Below, piece by piece: positions 25,513-38,704 of a stretch of DNA of 64,000 nt. Position 1 is the stretch's first letter; every line of letters begins with the position of its first letter. Made by a program: the position numbers and the translations under genes. A model generated the notes under the pieces. That model saw only the letters and a program-made list of their open reading frames with translations, did no database searches and had not been told where the DNA came from. Source of the stretch: Octopus sinensis. Its lineage: Eukaryota. The stretch lies in assembly GCF_006345805.1 (NCBI RefSeq), contig NC_043003.1:78554001-78618000 (forward strand), read 5' to 3'.

Positions 25513-25669
25513 CATATATACGACAGGCTTCTTTCAGTTTCCGTCTACCAAATCCACTCACAAGGCATTGGTCGGCCCGGGGCTATAGCAGAAGACACTT
25601 GCCCAAGATGCCACGCAGTGGGATTGAACCCAGAACCATGTGGTTGGTTAGCAAGCCACTCCTGCGCCT
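25280..25669 (-). mobile_element. SINE family B
   Basis: Near full-length; GGCGCAGGAGTGGCT head at the right end. Confidence 0.9.
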
Positions 25670-25890
25670 AAAATCCTGTATTTTTTTTTTTTTTTCGAAG
25701 AAATAACAATGTTCTAGTTTCTAAGAAGCGCCTTTCCAAGAAGGACCCTATCCTAAACGTCAGGGTTCATTTCCCCTCACAGCACAAACTTTATCCGTCT
25801 TTTGCTCTTCTTTTTATAAGCAATGTTTTTAGTTTAATTAAAGCTTGACTGATCTGCAATTAACAACTTTTAATTTTTGCAGTTAATTAA

Positions 25891-28082
25891 TAGTTTAACA
25901 CTCGGCCACCTAAAAAGAAAAAGAGAAAAAAAATGGTGCAATAGACGTAAAAAAATGTGTAGTAAACGAATCCGAAAACCAAAATTTGCGCAAACGAACC
26001 GGCGGTGAGGAGAGAACTTTCGGAAAATTCACACGATCCGATTTTTCCCCCGTAACTTTCAGGATAATGGATATCTTTTAATAAAAATTTATATAAGTAC
26101 CTTTCAAACGGCATAGATTACGATTATAAGGAAATTAGTGGGGAAAATTTTTTCGAAAGGTGTGGAGAGGATTTTGAGAAAATTCACACGATCCAATTTT
26201 TTCCCTCATAACTTTCAGGAAAACAGGTATCTTTTAATGAGAGTTTATACAAATACTTTTCAAACGGCATAGATTACAATTATAAGGAAATTTGTTGGAA
26301 AAAGCTTGTCCAAGAGGGTAGAGAGAGGAGTTTCGAATCAAGAAGACCACATAAGTTGGAATTTCTCCGTTTTGACGGGGATTTTTACAATTGTTTTTCA
26401 CCACAGCCTTCAAAATGATGAAAAACGGTTTGGAAAATGATGATACCAATGGACCAAACGCGTGCTCATTTGGTGGGATATAAGCACCAACAAAAAAATG
26501 GTAATTCAAATTTTTATCCCCATCTTAATTAAGTGAGGCCGTGTGTGTGTAAGAAAAAAAAATCTTCTAACAGAAAAGTATACAATTAAAATTAATTATC
26601 TTTTATATACCTATACTTTTTTTAAATCACTGTGGTTGAAAGCCAGAAATGACCCCAGGCTCTCCAATATTTTAAATTATAAACAGAAACAATCAGGGGC
26701 GGGGAGTGGTTTTGAAAAAAATCATAAATTTTCAATTTTTTTTTTATAGTATAAATGTGTTTATGGGGAGAAAAATATTCATTTCTGCTCTTGGCACAAG
26801 GGCCGAAATTTTGGGGGAGGAGGCCAGTCGATTATATCAACCCCAGTACACAACTGGTACTTAATTTATCGATCCTGAAAAGACGAAAGGCAAAGTCGAC
26901 CTCGGCGACATTTGAACTCAGAACGTAACGGCAGACGAAATACCTATCTCTTTACAACCCACAAGGGGTTAAACACAGAGAAGACAAACGGATTAAGTCG
27001 ATTATATCGACTCCAGTGCGTAACTGGCACTTATTTAATCGACCCCGAAAGGATGAAAGGCAAAGTCCACCTCGGCGGAATTTGAACTCAGAACGTATCG
27101 GCGGATGAAATACCTATTTCTTTACTACCAACAAGGGGCTAAACGCAGAGGGGACAAACAAGGCCAGACAAACGGAATAAGTCGATTACATCGACCCCAG
27201 TGCGTAATTGGTACTTAATTTATCGACCCCGAAAGGATGAAAGGCAAAGTCGACCTCGGCGGAATTTGAACCGAGAACGTAACGGCAGACGAAATACGGC
27301 TACGCATTTCGCCCGGCGTGCTAACGTTTCTGCAAGCTCACCGCTTTGATGGGGAGAAAGAAATTGAAAAACATCAATGAATGCGAGAGTGAGCAAGAAA
27401 TGAGGAGGGTTGTCTTGAGATATGCTAGAAACAACAGCCAAATCTCCCTTTTTTTCTGAGAAGATATTTACAATTTTTTTTAATACCAAAAAGGATCCTC
27501 CCACAGTTTATAAGTGCAAAAAATTGGCCAAAATCGGTTCGGAGTTGGGATGGGGGAGTAAAAAAAAAATGAGCTTATGTGGTCTTCCTGACCCGAAACA
27601 CCGTTTTTCGAAACTCCCCACCCCACACTCCGGAAACAATTTTCTTCACAAATTTCTTTATAATCATGATCTATGCCGTTTGAAAAGTATTTGTATAAAC
27701 TTTCATGAAAGTTATGAGGGAAAAAATCGGATCGTGTGAATTTTCCCCAAACCCTCTCTCTATCCCTTCGGAAAAAACATTTTCCCCACAAGACTTATAA
27801 TCGTAATCTATGCCGTTTGAAAGGTATTCATATAAGATTTCATTAAAAGATATCCATTTTTCTGAAAGTTATCGGGGTGGGGTGGGAGGAATCGGATGGT
27901 GTGAATTTTCCGAAAGTCTTCTCCCCCATCCCCGGTTCGTTTGCGCATATTTTGATTTCCAGATTCTTTCTCTACACACCTTTTGTACACCTATTACATT
28001 TATTTATTGTTTAAATTTTATTTATTTATTTATTATTATTTTGGGTTGTTTTTTTTTTTTTTTGTGGCAGGGTGTGAAACTA
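25891..28082. mobile_element. Fold-back-type non-autonomous DNA element with ~470-510-bp modular inverted arms
   Basis: Termini TAGTTTAACACTCGGCCAC / TAGTTTCACACCCTGCCAC (reverse complement). Arms 25891-26355 and 27574-28082 each hold two AATTCACACGATCC...TTCAAACGGCATAGAT subrepeats. Another fragment lies at 23145-23262. Confidence 0.8.
26780..27345 (-). mobile_element. SINE family A, tandem trimer nested in the fold-back element
   Basis: Three consecutive reverse-complement cores. Confidence 0.9.
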
Positions 28083-28457
28083 GATATAAACCATTTTTGC
28101 TAACGTCAGTTAATAAATCGCTGAATGTCATTGGTTAGTTTTTTCATGATACCATCACTCAATCTGAAAGATCGTGTTTCGCATATGAAAACCTTCCAAC
28201 TAGGAAGAAAACGATTTGGGCTCACACAGGGCCAGAGAACTCATACATACATACATACATACACACACGCATGCATGCAGGCTTAAGTACGTGCGCGCCA
28301 TTAGACACATTTGAAGTCCCAGTCAAGTATTTATCTTTTTATGTTTTACTTCTTTGAGTCGGTATATATATATATATATATATATATAGAAGTAAATATA
28401 TGGAACAACGAAGTACCGATATTCTTTACTGGAAAGCAATACTCTCGTATTGCATTA

Positions 28458-28488
<31 letters not shown>

Positions 28489-28597
28489 AATATATATAAG
28501 TAAAAATTTAGATTCAGAAGAATATGGTACCGAAGTTGAGGCATCAGAATTTAGTACGGTATTATCCATACAATTTCAAAATAAGGTGATTAGAATC

Positions 28598-28723
28598 AAA
28601 ATAAGCAACAAGGATATCCAGAGGTAATGCAGTACGATCGTTTTACACAACTCCATTAAATTAAATGGAGTTGCATGAAACGATCGTACTGCATTATCTC
28701 TGGATAGCCTTGTTGCTTATTTT
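28598..28723. repeat. ~126-bp imperfect palindrome
   Basis: AAAATAAGCAACAAGGATATCCAGAGGTAATGCAGTACGATCGTTT...CAACTCCATT pairs with its downstream reverse complement. Confidence 0.9.
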
Positions 28724-28904
28724 AATTATATACATAGAGAGAGAGAGAAAGAGAGAGAGAGAGGTTAAGAGAAGTAATGGGTCAATAAAATCCAAAGGTG
28801 TCAGGTAATGCTGAGTAAGTGCTATGGACAGACTATAGTTAAGCTCCAGGTTCAGTGATTATGCGAATAAGGAGTCCAACGTAGGTCATATATCAACATG
28901 TTTA

Positions 28905-29318
28905 CTCTTACTCTTTACTCTTTTCCTTGTTTCAGTCATTTGACTGCGGCCATGCTGGAGCACCGCCTTTAATCGAGCAACTCGACCCCAGGACTTATTC
29001 TTTTTTGTAAGCCCAGTACTTATTCTATCGGTCTCTTTTGCCGAACCGTTAAGTGACGGGGACATAAACACACTAGCATCGGTTGTCAAGCAATGCTAGG
29101 GGGACAAACACAGACACACAAACATACACGCACATACATATATATACATATATACGACAGGCTTCTTTCAGTTTCCGTCTACCAAATCCACTCACAAGGC
29201 ATTGGTCGGCCTGGGGCTATAGCAGAAGACATTTGCCCAAGATGCCACGCAGTGGGACTGAACCCGGAACCATGTGGCTGGTTAGCAAGCTACTTACCAC
29301 ACAGCCACTCCTGCGCCT
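28905..29318 (-). mobile_element. SINE family B, full length
   Basis: Complete head, CORE-like body and (GAGTAAAA)-type tail. Confidence 0.92.
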
Positions 29319-29324
29319 ATATAA

Positions 29325-29475
29325 AAATTTCTTTTGGAATGAGATCAAAATCCAAGGCTGTGAAAAATTTTAGAACATAAATAATATTTATAAATAATAT
29401 TTATATAAATAATATTTATAAATGTTCTAAAATCTTTCACAGTCTTGGATTTATATCTCATTCCAAAAAAATTTC
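29325..29475. repeat. Inverted repeat, ~55-bp arms around an AT-rich loop
   Basis: TTGGAATGAGATCAAAATCCAAGGCTGTGAAAAATTTTAGAACAT versus ATGTTCTAAAATCTTTCACAGTCTTGGATTTATATCTCATTCCAA. Confidence 0.85.
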
Positions 29476-29599
29476 ATATATATATATATATATATCCTCT
29501 TTCTTAATAGAGCAAAACCATAAATTTACCTGTACAAATCCCTCAACATAATCAGTGTATCTAAGAAATGTTTGTATTTGTGCGTTTTCTGCAGCTGGA

Positions 29600-30450
29600 T
29601 ATTATATAAACCTTCAAAGTTACATAAACGAATATACTATGGCGGTTGTGAAGTTGTTTCAAAGAAGTCTTAATATTCTATGTCAACATTCTAAAATGGG
29701 TGTAGTCACACTCTGATCCAAGTGGGAGTGGTATATATCCTATTGAAGGCAGCGTGCTGGCAGAAATGTTAGCACGCTGGGCAAAATGCGTAGCCGTATT
29801 TCGTCTGCCGTTACGTTCTGAGTTCAAATTCCGCCGAGGTCGACTTTGCCTTTCATCCTTTCGGAGTCGATAAATTAAGTACCAGTTATGCACTGGAATC
29901 GATGTAATCGACTTAATCCGTTTGTCTGTCCTTGTTTGTCCCCTCTGTGTTTAGCCCCTTGTGGGTAATAAAGAAATAGGTATATATCCTATTGGTCCAA
30001 TAATAATGGGTATAAAACAGTAAGTGTATTTTGGGTACTGAGGTTTATAAAATCATCTCTGATCTTGGCATTCCTCTGTAATTGTTTTTACAATAATCAT
30101 ATCTGCCAGGTGGGCAACTGGCTTCTACAACAAATAATATTTTTATTTTATGGTCCCAGACTACAATATCAGGACAATCACGTTTTAATTTGTCTGCTAT
30201 TTTGCTTTTAGGTTAGTTTTGATCCATCTGTCATGATGTGTTCGTTTTAATTGTTGCTGTTAAGTTTTTATTCCAGATTGCTATTGTTTTTATATCATAC
30301 CACACAAGAAGATAGACTAGCAAGGACATTCCATACTCCTACAGTTGACAGCTTTTTGGCTTTTGTTTTGTTTTTGCACAGCCACATTTTTGCCAGCTGA
30401 TGTTTTTATGCATAAATCTATATACAAACATATGAGGTGCATTCACAAAG
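29600..30450 (-). mobile_element. 3' fragment of an R4/Dong-like LINE (restriction-like endonuclease), interrupted by a SINE
   Basis: CPDIVVWDHKIKILFVVEASCP and FIPIIIGPIGYIP once the SINE at 29748-29980 is removed. Confidence 0.7.
29748..29980 (+). mobile_element. SINE family A, full length with 16-bp TSD
   Basis: GGTATATATCCTATTG at 29730-29745 and 29979-29994. Confidence 0.93.
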
Positions 30451-30930
30451 TCATCATCGTTTAACATCCGTTTTCCATGCCAGCATGGGTTGGACGGTTC
30501 GACCGGGATCTGGGAGGCCAGGAGGCTGCACAGGCTCCAGTCTGATCTGGCAGTGTTCCAACAGCTGGATGCCCTTCCTATCGCCAACCAATCTGTGAGT
30601 GTAGTGGGTGCTTTTTATGTGCCACCGGCACAGGGGCCAGGGGAGGCTGGAAAACGGTCACGATCGGTTGGTGCTTTTAACATGCCACTGACACGGACGT
30701 CAGTCAGGCGGCGCTGGTATCTGCCACGTTTTGACGGTGCTTTTTATGTGTCACCGGCACGGGTATCTTAACTACAATTTCTATTTGATTCTTATTTTGA
30801 TGTTGGTGTTGACATACTTGACTCAATAGGTCTCCTCAAGAACAGTGGGTCACTCTACGATCCAAGGGTAGCACAACAGGCCGTCCTGCGAGCATGAACT
30901 CACTTCATTTGTCGGGTCAAAAGTATCTGA
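30451..30930 (-). mobile_element. SINE-like family C ((GAT)n tail, internal ~60-bp repeats)
   Basis: Shared GGCGTTAGGAAGGGCATCCAGCTGTAGAAAC...CCAACCCATGCTAGCATGGAAAGCGGACGTTAAA(TGA)n. Other copies at 31935-32420 (+), 32735-32990 (+), 37236-37345 (+), 43830-44135 (-), 46260-46555 (+), 53745-54000 (+), 56035-56345 (-), 57020-57483 (+). Confidence 0.85.
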
Positions 30931-31934
30931 CTTTATTGTTCCTACTGAAAGTAATGCCGCATGGGCAAAATCCTTTGGGAGGAGTTCAAATTCCACCAAG
31001 GTTGGGGGTCAATAAAAATAAGTGTACTGGGGTTGATGTAATTGACTTAGTCCCTACTCTGAAATTGCTGGCCAAAATTTGAAACCATTATCACAAACAA
31101 TAATTATCAATTTTAACAATAAGGGAGCTTTTACATAGCCAATCGATCTGCTAGAAATAGCAACCAAAACTCCTTCAACTCACACCTTACTGACTTTAAA
31201 CAGAATCAAGGACACATTGTATAATGCTAAACCAGATATATTATATTCAAATGAAAGATCATAAATCTGCTTAATCTAGATTGACTTGGAGCTGCACAAC
31301 AACAAAAACAATGCCTCATTTTTATTTTCAGTTACAAATACAGTCCTTCAACTCAAACTCTTCACTTACTGATGTAATTTCTACCACAATTTTTCACTGA
31401 AAGATGCAGTCCTCCCAAAAATATTTGCTTAAGTTAGAATTCTCCTTCCTCAACTTTCTTCATTTGCAGATACAGTCCCCCACCACCAAATTCTTCCCAT
31501 GGAAGTGCAGTTTTCACCTCCAAATTTTTTACTTAAAAGAGAATTGTTACAAAACTAATTTAATCTGTTCTGCTATAGGTACAAAACCTAAAATTTTGGA
31601 CGTGGAGACTAATCAATTTCATTGACCTGCCACAGTATTTGACAGGTACTTATTTTATTGATCCAGGAAGGATGATAAATAAAGTTGACCTTGGAGGAAT
31701 TTGAACTCAGAATGTATAGTTGGAAGAAATGCTACTAAGTGTAACTGTGGCTGTGTGGTAAGAAGCTTGCTTCCCAACCACATGGTTCCACATTCAGTCC
31801 TACTGCATAGAACCTTGGGCAACTGTCTTCTATAGTAGTCTCAGGCTGACCAAAGCCTTTTGAGTGGATTTGGTGAACAGAAACTGAAAGAAGCCTGTCG
31901 TGTACATTATGTGTTTGTATCAAATCAAAACAAA

Positions 31935-32420
31935 TCAAAATAGATGAACATCAATGGAATTTGTATCTTTGTGGTACCAGTGCCGGTGGCACACAAGAAA
32001 ACCATCCGAACGTGGCCGTAGCCAGTACCGCATCGACTGGCCTCCATGCTGTGGGCACGTAACAAACACCATCCGATTGTGGCCGTTCGCCAGCCTCATC
32101 TGGCACCTGTGTCGGTGGCACATAAAAACACCATCCGAGCGTGGCCGTCTGCCAGCCTCGTCTGGCACCTGTGTCGGTGGCACATAAAAAACACCATCCG
32201 AGCGTGGCCGTTCGCCAGCCTCGTCTGGCACCTGTGTCGGTGGCACATAAAATCACCCACTACACTCTCGGAGTGGTTGGCGTTAGGAAGGGCATCCAGC
32301 TGTAGAAACACTGCCAGATCTGACTGGCCTGGTGCAGCCTTCGGGCTCCCCAGACCCCAGTTGAACCGTCCAACCCATGCTAGCATGGAAAGCGGACGTT
32401 AAATGATGATGATGATGATG
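31935..32420 (+). mobile_element. Family C element with ~63-bp internal tandem repeats, nested in a family B SINE (31735-32620)
   Basis: CCATCCGAGCGTGGCCGTTCGCCAGCCTCGTCTGGCACCTGTGTCGGTGGCACATAAAAA repeated three times plus one diverged copy. Confidence 0.88.
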
Positions 32421-33427
32421 TATGTCTGTTTGCCCCCATCACTGCTTGACAACCAGTGTTGGTGTGTTTATATCTCCATAACTAAGCAGTCTGGCAAAAA
32501 GTGACTGATAGAATAAGTACCAGGTTTAAAAAAAAAGGTACGGGGATCGATCTGTTCAACTAAAAGTTCTTCAAGGCAGTGCCTCAGCATGGCCATAGTC
32601 TAATGGTTGAAACAGATAAAAGAAGCATTTTGTCCAGCTTGCTGCTGATTCTGCCGACTCACTGCCTACAAAACTAATATCATTAACAAATGACCGAGAC
32701 CTTTGGTGATATACCATGCTTGAGTAAAAGACCCATGCTTGAGTAAAAGAAGTGAAATCGTAGACATGGCAGATACTGGTGTCACACAACTGGCACCCAT
32801 GCTGGTGGCATGTAAAAGCACCTATTACACTCTCGAACTAGTTGATGTTAGAAAGGGCATCCAACCATAGAAACCATGCCAAATCAAACTGGAGTCTGGT
32901 GCAGCCCCTCAGTTTACCAGCCCTGGTCAAACTGTCCAACCCATGGCAGCATGAACAACAGACATTAAATGAGGATGATGATGATGATGAATGAATGATT
33001 TAATTCTATTTGTAATGAAGTGTCTTAAGACTATATTGTCATTCGGAGTTAAATTACATAAAATATACGTTTGCATATGCATAAATATGAAAACATTTTA
33101 TATACTGAAGTGTGGGTATGTTACATAAATGGTCTTGCAGTGGAAGGAAATTTTGATGGTGAATGTCCCAAATTCTAGGCAAAAACTGCACAAGTAGTGT
33201 ATCAGATCAGCTTGCACTCTTTGGCTTTGTTATAGCTCCAAGATTATTTCCAAACCAATACTAAATATGTTCCAAAGCTACCAAATACATTGGTACATTA
33301 AATTTCTCCACTTTTCATGCTGTGTAGTTGTACAGAAAAAAAAATATAATCTATTTATAACAATAACAAATTGGACGGAATATCAGGTATTGTTTAACTA
33401 TGTTCTTCTAAGTTCTCTTTCAGCTCC

Positions 33428-33674
33428 TTACAAAACTAGTCTGTCTTCTTCTAGAAGAGCTGTATCCCAAGCAGGATTCATTGCTTTAGAACCACTGTGG
33501 TTTAGAGATGCTTGCTCAAAGCATTGCTTCTTACACTCCATGATGCGAAGAAAATCTTTCCATACTTTCATCTGTTTCAAATTGGGAGTGTAGTTATCTT
33601 GGAGGAATTTCTTCTTTTCACGCAGCTTTTTACCCATGTTTTCCTGTTCTTTGATTTTCCTTTGGTAAATTTCT
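33428..33674 (-). CDS. IFT81: IFT81 last coding exon, 247 bp ([20 protein letters not shown]...EEDRLVL*)
   Basis: tttcag acceptor; TAA stop at 33430-33428; C-terminus typical of IFT81. Confidence 0.95.
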
Positions 33675-36600
33675 CTGAAATGGCAAATGGAAAATTCATG
33701 AAAGATGCCATGCCCTATCAAATACAACACAAAACTATATTTATTATTCATTATCAACACAACCATCTACAAATACAGAAACTATACACTAACTTGCTAG
33801 AATTAGCAGTCAAATTTCCTGTCAATTCAACTGACAACCCTCTCACAGTGAAGCTAAAAACCTGTCAACCCAAAACTACCAGTCAATCCCATCAAATAAC
33901 CCTGTCAACTCTGCTATCTGTCAGTCAACCCATCCTTCAACCCAATGACAATCCTGTCACCCCAGCTATCTACCAATCCTGCCAACCCAGCTATCTGTCA
34001 ATCTACCTATCTGCCAACACCTGTCAACTCAGCTACTTACTGACTTTGTCAATCTAGCTATTTGCCAACCTTGTCAACCCAGCTACTTACCAACCCAGTT
34101 GTCTACCATCCCTGTTCACCCAGCTGTCTATCACTTAGCTATTTCTCACTGTTCAGGAATACTGTAATTTACCTCAATGTTTTCTTTTTGTCCTGTGCAT
34201 CCAATGATTTGTAAGCTTGAATTTCCTCAGACACTCTCTGCTTCTGTGCTTTGATTATAGCAATCTTTTGACTGAACAAATGGTACCTTGTCTCTTCCAC
34301 ATTGCTCTCATCTCGGTATGCTTGCACTTCCTACATGAAATAGTTCAGACATAGACATAATAGTATTGTGTTAAAGAATCAAAGCTTCAGTGAAGCCAAT
34401 TTCAGCTGCTATTTAAAAAAAATAAAACCACAAAAGAAAAACAATACAGGTAAAAAAAAATAAACAAATTTTTTATTGTTGCTCAAACAGTTAGAAACAG
34501 CAACTAAATCTCCCTCAAATCGTACTCTATAGTTTAAAAAAAGGAAGGACACATTTGAAAATGTAGTGCTAAATAATACATATGTAAAAAAGATAAACAA
34601 AAATATGTAAAAAAAAGATAAACAAAAGGCATAGGAGTGGCTGTGTGGTAAGTAGCTTGCTTACGAACCACATGGTTCTGGGTTCAGTCCCACTGCATGG
34701 CACTTTGGGCATCTTCTACTATAGCCTTGGGCTGACCAAAGCCCTGTGAGTCAATTTGGTAGACGGAAACTGAAAGAAGCCCATCGTATTTATGTATGTA
34801 TGTATGTATGTATGTATGTATGTGTGTGTGTGTGTGTGTTTGTCCCTCCAACATCGCTTGACAACCAATGCTGGGGTGCTTACGTCCCCGTAACTTAGTA
34901 GTTCAGCAAAAGGGACCGATAGAATAAATACTAGGCTTACAAAGAATAAGTCCTGGGGTCGATTTGCTTGACTAAAGGCGGTGCTCCAGCATGGCCACAG
35001 TCAAATGACTGAAACAAGTAAAAGAGTAAAAGAGTAAAAAAAAAAAGATGGATGGTCACACTTGAAATACAATTGTCTCCTCATTTGCTGCTATTTTCCT
35101 CTGGCATAGTCTGAGGTTGCTGGAGTGAACTCCTGATCAGTCTGGGGATGCTGATGTGCCCTCCTTTCAAGGGTGACTGCCATCTACTACCTCTGATCTG
35201 AATCTACATTATTAGACACACATTATGTTAGTTTTACCAACCATACTTTTCTGTGCTGGCTTAGGACATGCTGGAAGATGATATTAATTTTGGAGTTTTT
35301 CTTCTCCTAGACTGATTACATTCACCACAGCTAAGCAGTTCAATCTACCCTTACAAAAATTCATTTAACCCATAAATGGGACCCTAATAGGTATTACAAT
35401 CATCTCATAGGCCTGCTTCATTAAGACAGACCTAGGGTTAAACAAAAACAATGATTCTATGTGTCTACACGAAGATATTCCATTATATGAATAAACCATA
35501 CATTATTTCTAGTATTATGGTCGCTAAAATTTTAAACAACACAACTTGAACATATTTGGCTTCGAACTCTTTCAGAATATTTTTCAAGAAATTATGATAT
35601 AACATTTTTGGAAGAGCTATTTAATGGAGAAAGGAAACTATAAGACAACTTCAAATAGACACTAAGGGAGTGAGGGGTACAGCAGTAGGAGAAGACTGAA
35701 ATACGTAGAGAAAGGAAAGGGAAAAAACAATAAACAGTGAAGTAGTGGGAGGTAAAAAAAAAAAAAACATAAGCATTAGAAGGATGAATTAAAGGGAAGT
35801 GGGGAACAATAAACAGTAAAGTAGTAGGAGGAAAAAGGGAGAGTAACAGTAGAAAGATGAGAGAGGAAAGGAAGGAGAGAAGAAAGACAAAAATCAAAGC
35901 AATAAGAAGACTAAGCAAATAAGGAGTAAACTGAATGTAAATGTAGATTAGACTAATTTTTCTTCCAACACTCGTTAAAGATTTACTCATTTCAAATTAC
36001 CTTAACATACCTTAATTTTCAATTTCTAACCACAATGCTAACATGGAATTATGTTGCTTTCATAACAGGGTACTCCTCTCACGTCTCTTTCCTTCTTTGG
36101 TAGAGCTCAGAAGTCTTATCAACACTTTATATTTTGACATGGATTTATGAGATTTTAATAACACAGTACCCACCTCAATTCCGTTTCCTTTTCTTGCTGG
36201 ATTTTGTAGTCTCATTTCAACCCATTTTATTTTGATATGAAATTATGTTAGTTTGATAACAGGGTGTCCACCTCCTTCACTTTCTATCATTGGTTGAATT
36301 AAGAGGCTTATCTATCTTTTAATATTTTGTTATGAAATTATGTTTGCTTTAATAACAGGGTACCTGCTCCTTTTCTCTTTTTTGATAGGATTATATCTAC
36401 CTATTTCTTTATTATCCACAAGGAGCTAAACACAGAGGGGACAAACAAGGACAGACATAGTTATTAAGTCGATTATATCGACCCCAGTGCGTAACTGGTA
36501 CTTATTTAATCGACCCCAAAAGGATGAAAGGCAAAGTCAACCTTGGCGGAATTATATCTACCCTCCCACTGTAAGATGAATGGCAGATGAGTGAAGAAAA

Positions 36601-38426
36601 CATAGGGCTATGAAATCTCTTTACTTCTGTCTTGTGAAGGATTTACCAAACTCTTGAGTTGGTACCATGAGAAAATGCACCCAGAACACACTGTAAAGTG
36701 GCTGGCAACAGGAAGGGTGTCCAATCATAGCTACCAAGCCAAAGCGATACATAGAAACATCAGTGAATGAAAGCAGTGACTCCCAATAAGGACTAGGATC
36801 ATGATGAAGCATTCAAACCATGCCAACGTGCAAAGTGGATGTAAAATGATGATTGATGATGATAACATGATGTTTAAAACTGATTTTATCCAGGGAGAAC
36901 CTATTAAAAAATGTTAATTTCCATTAGGATTATTCAATGAGAATAAACTAGAAAGAGATAACTAAATGACCCCACCCACCACCACCTTGCAGAAATATGA
37001 TTCTGTACGTATGAAATACAATGGTTATAAAGATTGTTATAATGTGGTGGACTACATCTCACATAAGTTTTATAACGTTTATCATATAGTGCCTCAGATC
37101 CAGGTACATAACTCTACTTCCTCCAATCTCTATTAACTACATTGTCTAAACATTTTCATCAACTGATCTTATTAAGGTTATCTCTGACTGAGGGCTGGCG
37201 AACCAGATGGCTGCACCAGGCTTCAATCTTGATCTAGCTGTAGAAACTCTGCCAGATCAAGATTGAAGCCTGGTGCAGCCATCTGGTTTGCCAGCCCTCA
37301 GTCATACGTCCAACCCATGCTAGTATGGAAAGCGGACATTAAACGATGATGCTGATGATGATGATCTCCTCTGCTTGTAGATATTTAGATTTTAAAACTT
37401 TTGTAGGAGTTTTTGCTAACTAATTGCTTGAATAATCTTAATCAAAATGTTCTGCTTATTATTCATATATGACATATGTGAACCTTATTAAATTTGCTCC
37501 AGTTTGGTTTAAAATGAAGTAAAAACAGCATCCATGAGAAAATAGGTTCTTAAAAAAAAATAAATATCTAAAAAAAATATAAACTTACTTTTTCAAGCTG
37601 AGATCTCTGAGTTTCCAGGTTAGCTGATTGCATATTATAAGAAGATTTCTTTTCTTCATATTCTTGTGTCAAGTTCTAAAGAATAGAATATGTCACATTC
37701 AAATAGACATATAAGATATATATATACTTTCACACACATGCATAGACACACACATTTAGCAGATCTTTCAAGCATGGAAGTGTTGGTTTCAAGATGGAAA
37801 ACTGCCAGGAGTGGACAAGATTCCAGTAGAAATCTAGAAAAATAGGAGACAAACTCATTAAATGTCTTCAACAACTGATGGTGGAATTATGGGATGGTAG
37901 TTGATGTTCTACAGAAATGAAAAGTGGTTTGCACTGTCCTCGTATCCCACCAAAAGAAAAAAAAAAAAAACGTAATAGGAGTGAATGATGAAAATATAGA
38001 ATTTCTCTAAATGTTATAACCAGGAACATCCCTTGCATGATTGTCACTCGACAGATTGAGTAAGAAAATCAAAGTAGTTCTACCTGAAACATGATGTGGC
38101 CTCAAAAAGGAAAGGAGTACCAGGAATATGGTGTTCTGGTGTTCTTCATATGTATGTATGTGTGTGTGTGTGTACATAGCTGTCCCCCTGTTTCCAGACA
38201 ATTAGACTTAGTGACATGTCAGCTTTAGTGAATTCTCAGTTTCTGAGAGTATCTCTACTTCACATTTGGAGAAGGTTGCAGTTGCCACAAAGTATTTATT
38301 TAATCCTCTTTCAAAGGGAAGATAGCTTCAAGAATTTATCTTGTACATTATTTGATAGACCTTTATTTGTCTTTATTGTCTATATTCATAACACTGGTCA
38401 CTAAGTGTTTCTTCATTTGGCTCATT

Positions 38427-38458
<32 letters not shown>

Positions 38459-38651
38459 CACAAACGTACACACACATATATATATAAAAAAATAAATCTG
38501 TATTTAGTAAAATCTAGGTGTTTTCCTTATGTAGCTCTTGGCTATGTGCAGATTAAGACTAGTATTTAATGTTGCGATTTCATATAAATATAGCCCTAGA
38601 GTCCAAAGTCATTAACTAGCAGACAAAAAATGAAGAACTATGTGTGTGTAT

Positions 38652-38704
<53 letters not shown>

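Noticed and set aside
29581-30025. Possible plus-strand exon (ttttctgcag ... gtaagt, short MAVVKLFQ ORF)
   Set aside because: The ORF stops after 25 codons, and the region is better explained as a minus-strand R4/Dong-like fragment with a SINE insertion.
32070-32250. Regular ~63-bp repeats resembling a CRISPR array
   Set aside because: No unique spacers, no cas genes, eukaryotic context; internal repeats of a dispersed element.
33512-34057. 181-aa plus-strand ORF antisense to the last IFT81 exon
   Set aside because: Shadow of the coding exon plus an intronic minisatellite; no recognisable domain.
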